From: Lama guanicoe
Lineage: Eukaryota
NCBI GenBank assembly: GCA_013239625.1
Contig: MU054117.1
Span: 4,268,677 to 4,332,676, forward strand
DNA length: 64,000 nucleotides
Direction: 5' to 3'
Part shown: in pieces, positions 62,218 to 64,000 of the stretch
How the letters are laid out: every line of letters begins with the position of its first letter
Position numbering within the stretch: the stretch's first letter is position 1
Notes under the pieces: model-generated
Told to the model about the DNA's origin: nothing
Databases searched by the model: none
What the model saw: the letters and a program-made list of their open reading frames with translations, nothing else
Program-made: the position numbers and the translations under genes

Positions 62218-62857
62218 TGGAACAAAAGCCAATTTCTAGTTGCCTAGCCCACCCCACCCCACGGAGATTCACTGTGCCCTCTGCCCCTCACAGCCCCACA
62301 TCCTCCTCCTCCTCCTCTCCAGCCACTGGTGAGGACCCTACCCAAGACCACAGCAGTCACTCCCGTCCACTCCTGGAGATGGGAGCTGAGAGAAGAGGAG
62401 AAAGAACGAGGCGGAGTTGGGGAGGGGCCTGCCTCCCCTCTGGGTGTTTCTCTGTTTATTACTGGTTTGATACCCAGCTGCCTCAGCAGCCACCTGAGAG
62501 GTCACCTGGGCAACCAGGTGAAGCACTGGGCACAGGGGAGAGCCTGAGCCGTCGCAGCAGAGGTCTGGTTCCTCAGACCTGTGGGAGGTGAGCCACGAAG
62601 CCTGCAGACCAATAGGTGGGGCCACCTGGCGTCTCACACCTCCGCTTTCCCTGTCCTCCTTGGAGCAGAAGACCCCAGCCCTGCTGGGGCACTGTGCCAC
62701 CACAGCTTGGAGAAAGAGGAGAGGAAAAGGCCTTAACCAAAACCCAGCCTCTCTCTCTCTCTCTCTGTCTGACACACACCTGCCCCACAAGTGGAGGGTC
62801 CCCCAGTCAAGTGGGCCTCCCCATCAGAGTCACCCAGCCTTCCACCTCAATACTCAC

Positions 62858-63042
62858 AGAGCAGCTGTGGGAGCTCCCTCCACCGGACGGCTGGCCAGAC
62901 TCTCGGGTGGAAGTGCCCCGCAGACCCTGGGCTCGGGGACCCGGCACCTTGAGGTACTGCTGTTCATGTTTGGGGCCCTGGTCCCCTCTGACCACTGCCC
63001 GCGGGCTCAGCCGGCGTGGGGAGCCAGGGAGCAGGGGGATAT
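62858..63042 (-). CDS. ANO2: ANO2 (TMEM16B) coding exon 2 (human numbering), 185 nt
   Basis: Minus strand reads ttatccttcctctcacag|AT ATC CCC CTG... = (D)[61 protein letters not shown]|gtgagt. This resembles the human ANO2 N-terminus as I recall it ([41 protein letters not shown]...). Phase-1 acceptor, phase-0 donor. Confidence 0.93.
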
Positions 63043-64000
63043 CTGTGAGAGGAAGGATAAAGCAGGGACGGCAGCTTCAGGTGATGGGAAACCAGGACAC
63101 AGGACACAGAGAAATGGAGGCAACTGAGAGGGGACACCACAGTGGCCCCAACAACATGGGCACATCTCCCCACAGCTGCCTCCCCAGTCAGCCCTCACAG
63201 GCTTAGTTAGCCAGGTTCACACTGGCCACAGGGGAGGGTGGAGTGTGGAAGGTGGGCAGGGGGGTCTCGCCCCATTACACACACACATACACACACGCAC
63301 GCGCAGCCTGCAGCCACCAGCAGGAGCTCCTTCTGATGATGGCTGTCATAATCTCCTCTAATTCGCAGTCAGGAGGAGAGGGGTGGTGCCCGCGGGGCAG
63401 GGTGGGTGGGGCAGAGCCTGGAGAGACACCTGGAATTAATGCCAGGCACTTAGCCTCTAGATCAGTGGGCACCCTGGCAGCCCCCACGCCCCCAAGGAGA
63501 GAGCAAGGACAGCCCTGAGGCTCAGGGCAGGGGCGGCCTCTGACAAAAGGTCCACCTCCCAGGCCCTTGAACATTCCCCAAACCGCCGCTGCTCCCACCA
63601 AAGCCTCAGGGCTCCCCAGCCTCTCTGGGGCCCCCAGAGCCGCCCTGCAGTGCGCCTGGGCTCACTCCTCAGCCCGGCCACCTGCTGGCGCTGAGACCTC
63701 TGCGCCTGTTTCTCCAACTGTCAGATGAGAATCCCAGACTTGCAGGGTTGGCGTGAGACTGAGAAGGAGAGATGAGCCTACAGGTATGCAGTGGAACGAG
63801 CTTGTCATAATCATCCTTCGTGTCTTCACTTTAACCTCGGTGTGAGCAGAAATCACACCTTAAGCAGCCAGCCAGCCCTTAGCACCAGCTGAATGAATGC
63901 ATGAACAAAAGGCCGCCCTTCCCGGTCTCTTGAAACAGAGCTTCTGGTCAGTTACCAGGTTGGGGAGCCGCTGCCTGTGCACCCAGCTCTCCACGGACAC

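Noticed and set aside
63043..64000. ANO2 canonical exon 1 (MATPGPR-like)
   Set aside because: No matching ATG plus phase-1 donor was seen; it probably lies beyond the window end.

Overview
Mammalian (not microbial) genomic DNA. It is most likely camelid, judging from five TSD-flanked tRNA-Ala-derived SINEs of the Vic-1 type. The window lies inside ANO2 (TMEM16B, anoctamin-2, a Ca2+-activated Cl- channel), transcribed on the minus strand. Three coding exons are recognisable by translation and canonical, phase-compatible splice sites. Numbered as in human they are exon 2 (63042-62858), exon 3 (61730-61419) and exon 4 (16298-16200). Exons 3 and 4 are separated by a 45.1-kb intron. Exon 1 and exon 5 were not found and presumably lie outside the window. 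The rest is intronic: MaLR/ERVL solo LTRs, L1 3' ends, L2/MIR, hAT MER elements, SINEs, and a ~1.4-kb (GGAT)n array containing an assembly gap. Nearly all ORFs in the supplied track are spurious. The best observations are (1) a candidate internal alternative first exon (MDPESLP|gtgagt) in frame with exon 3, beside a CpG island with NRF1/GC boxes, and (2) an apparent in-frame 15-nt deletion in exon 3 relative to human/mouse ANO2. I found no convincing evidence of a wholly new biological system. Repeat family names come from my recall of consensus sequences, and repeat boundaries without TSDs are approximate.
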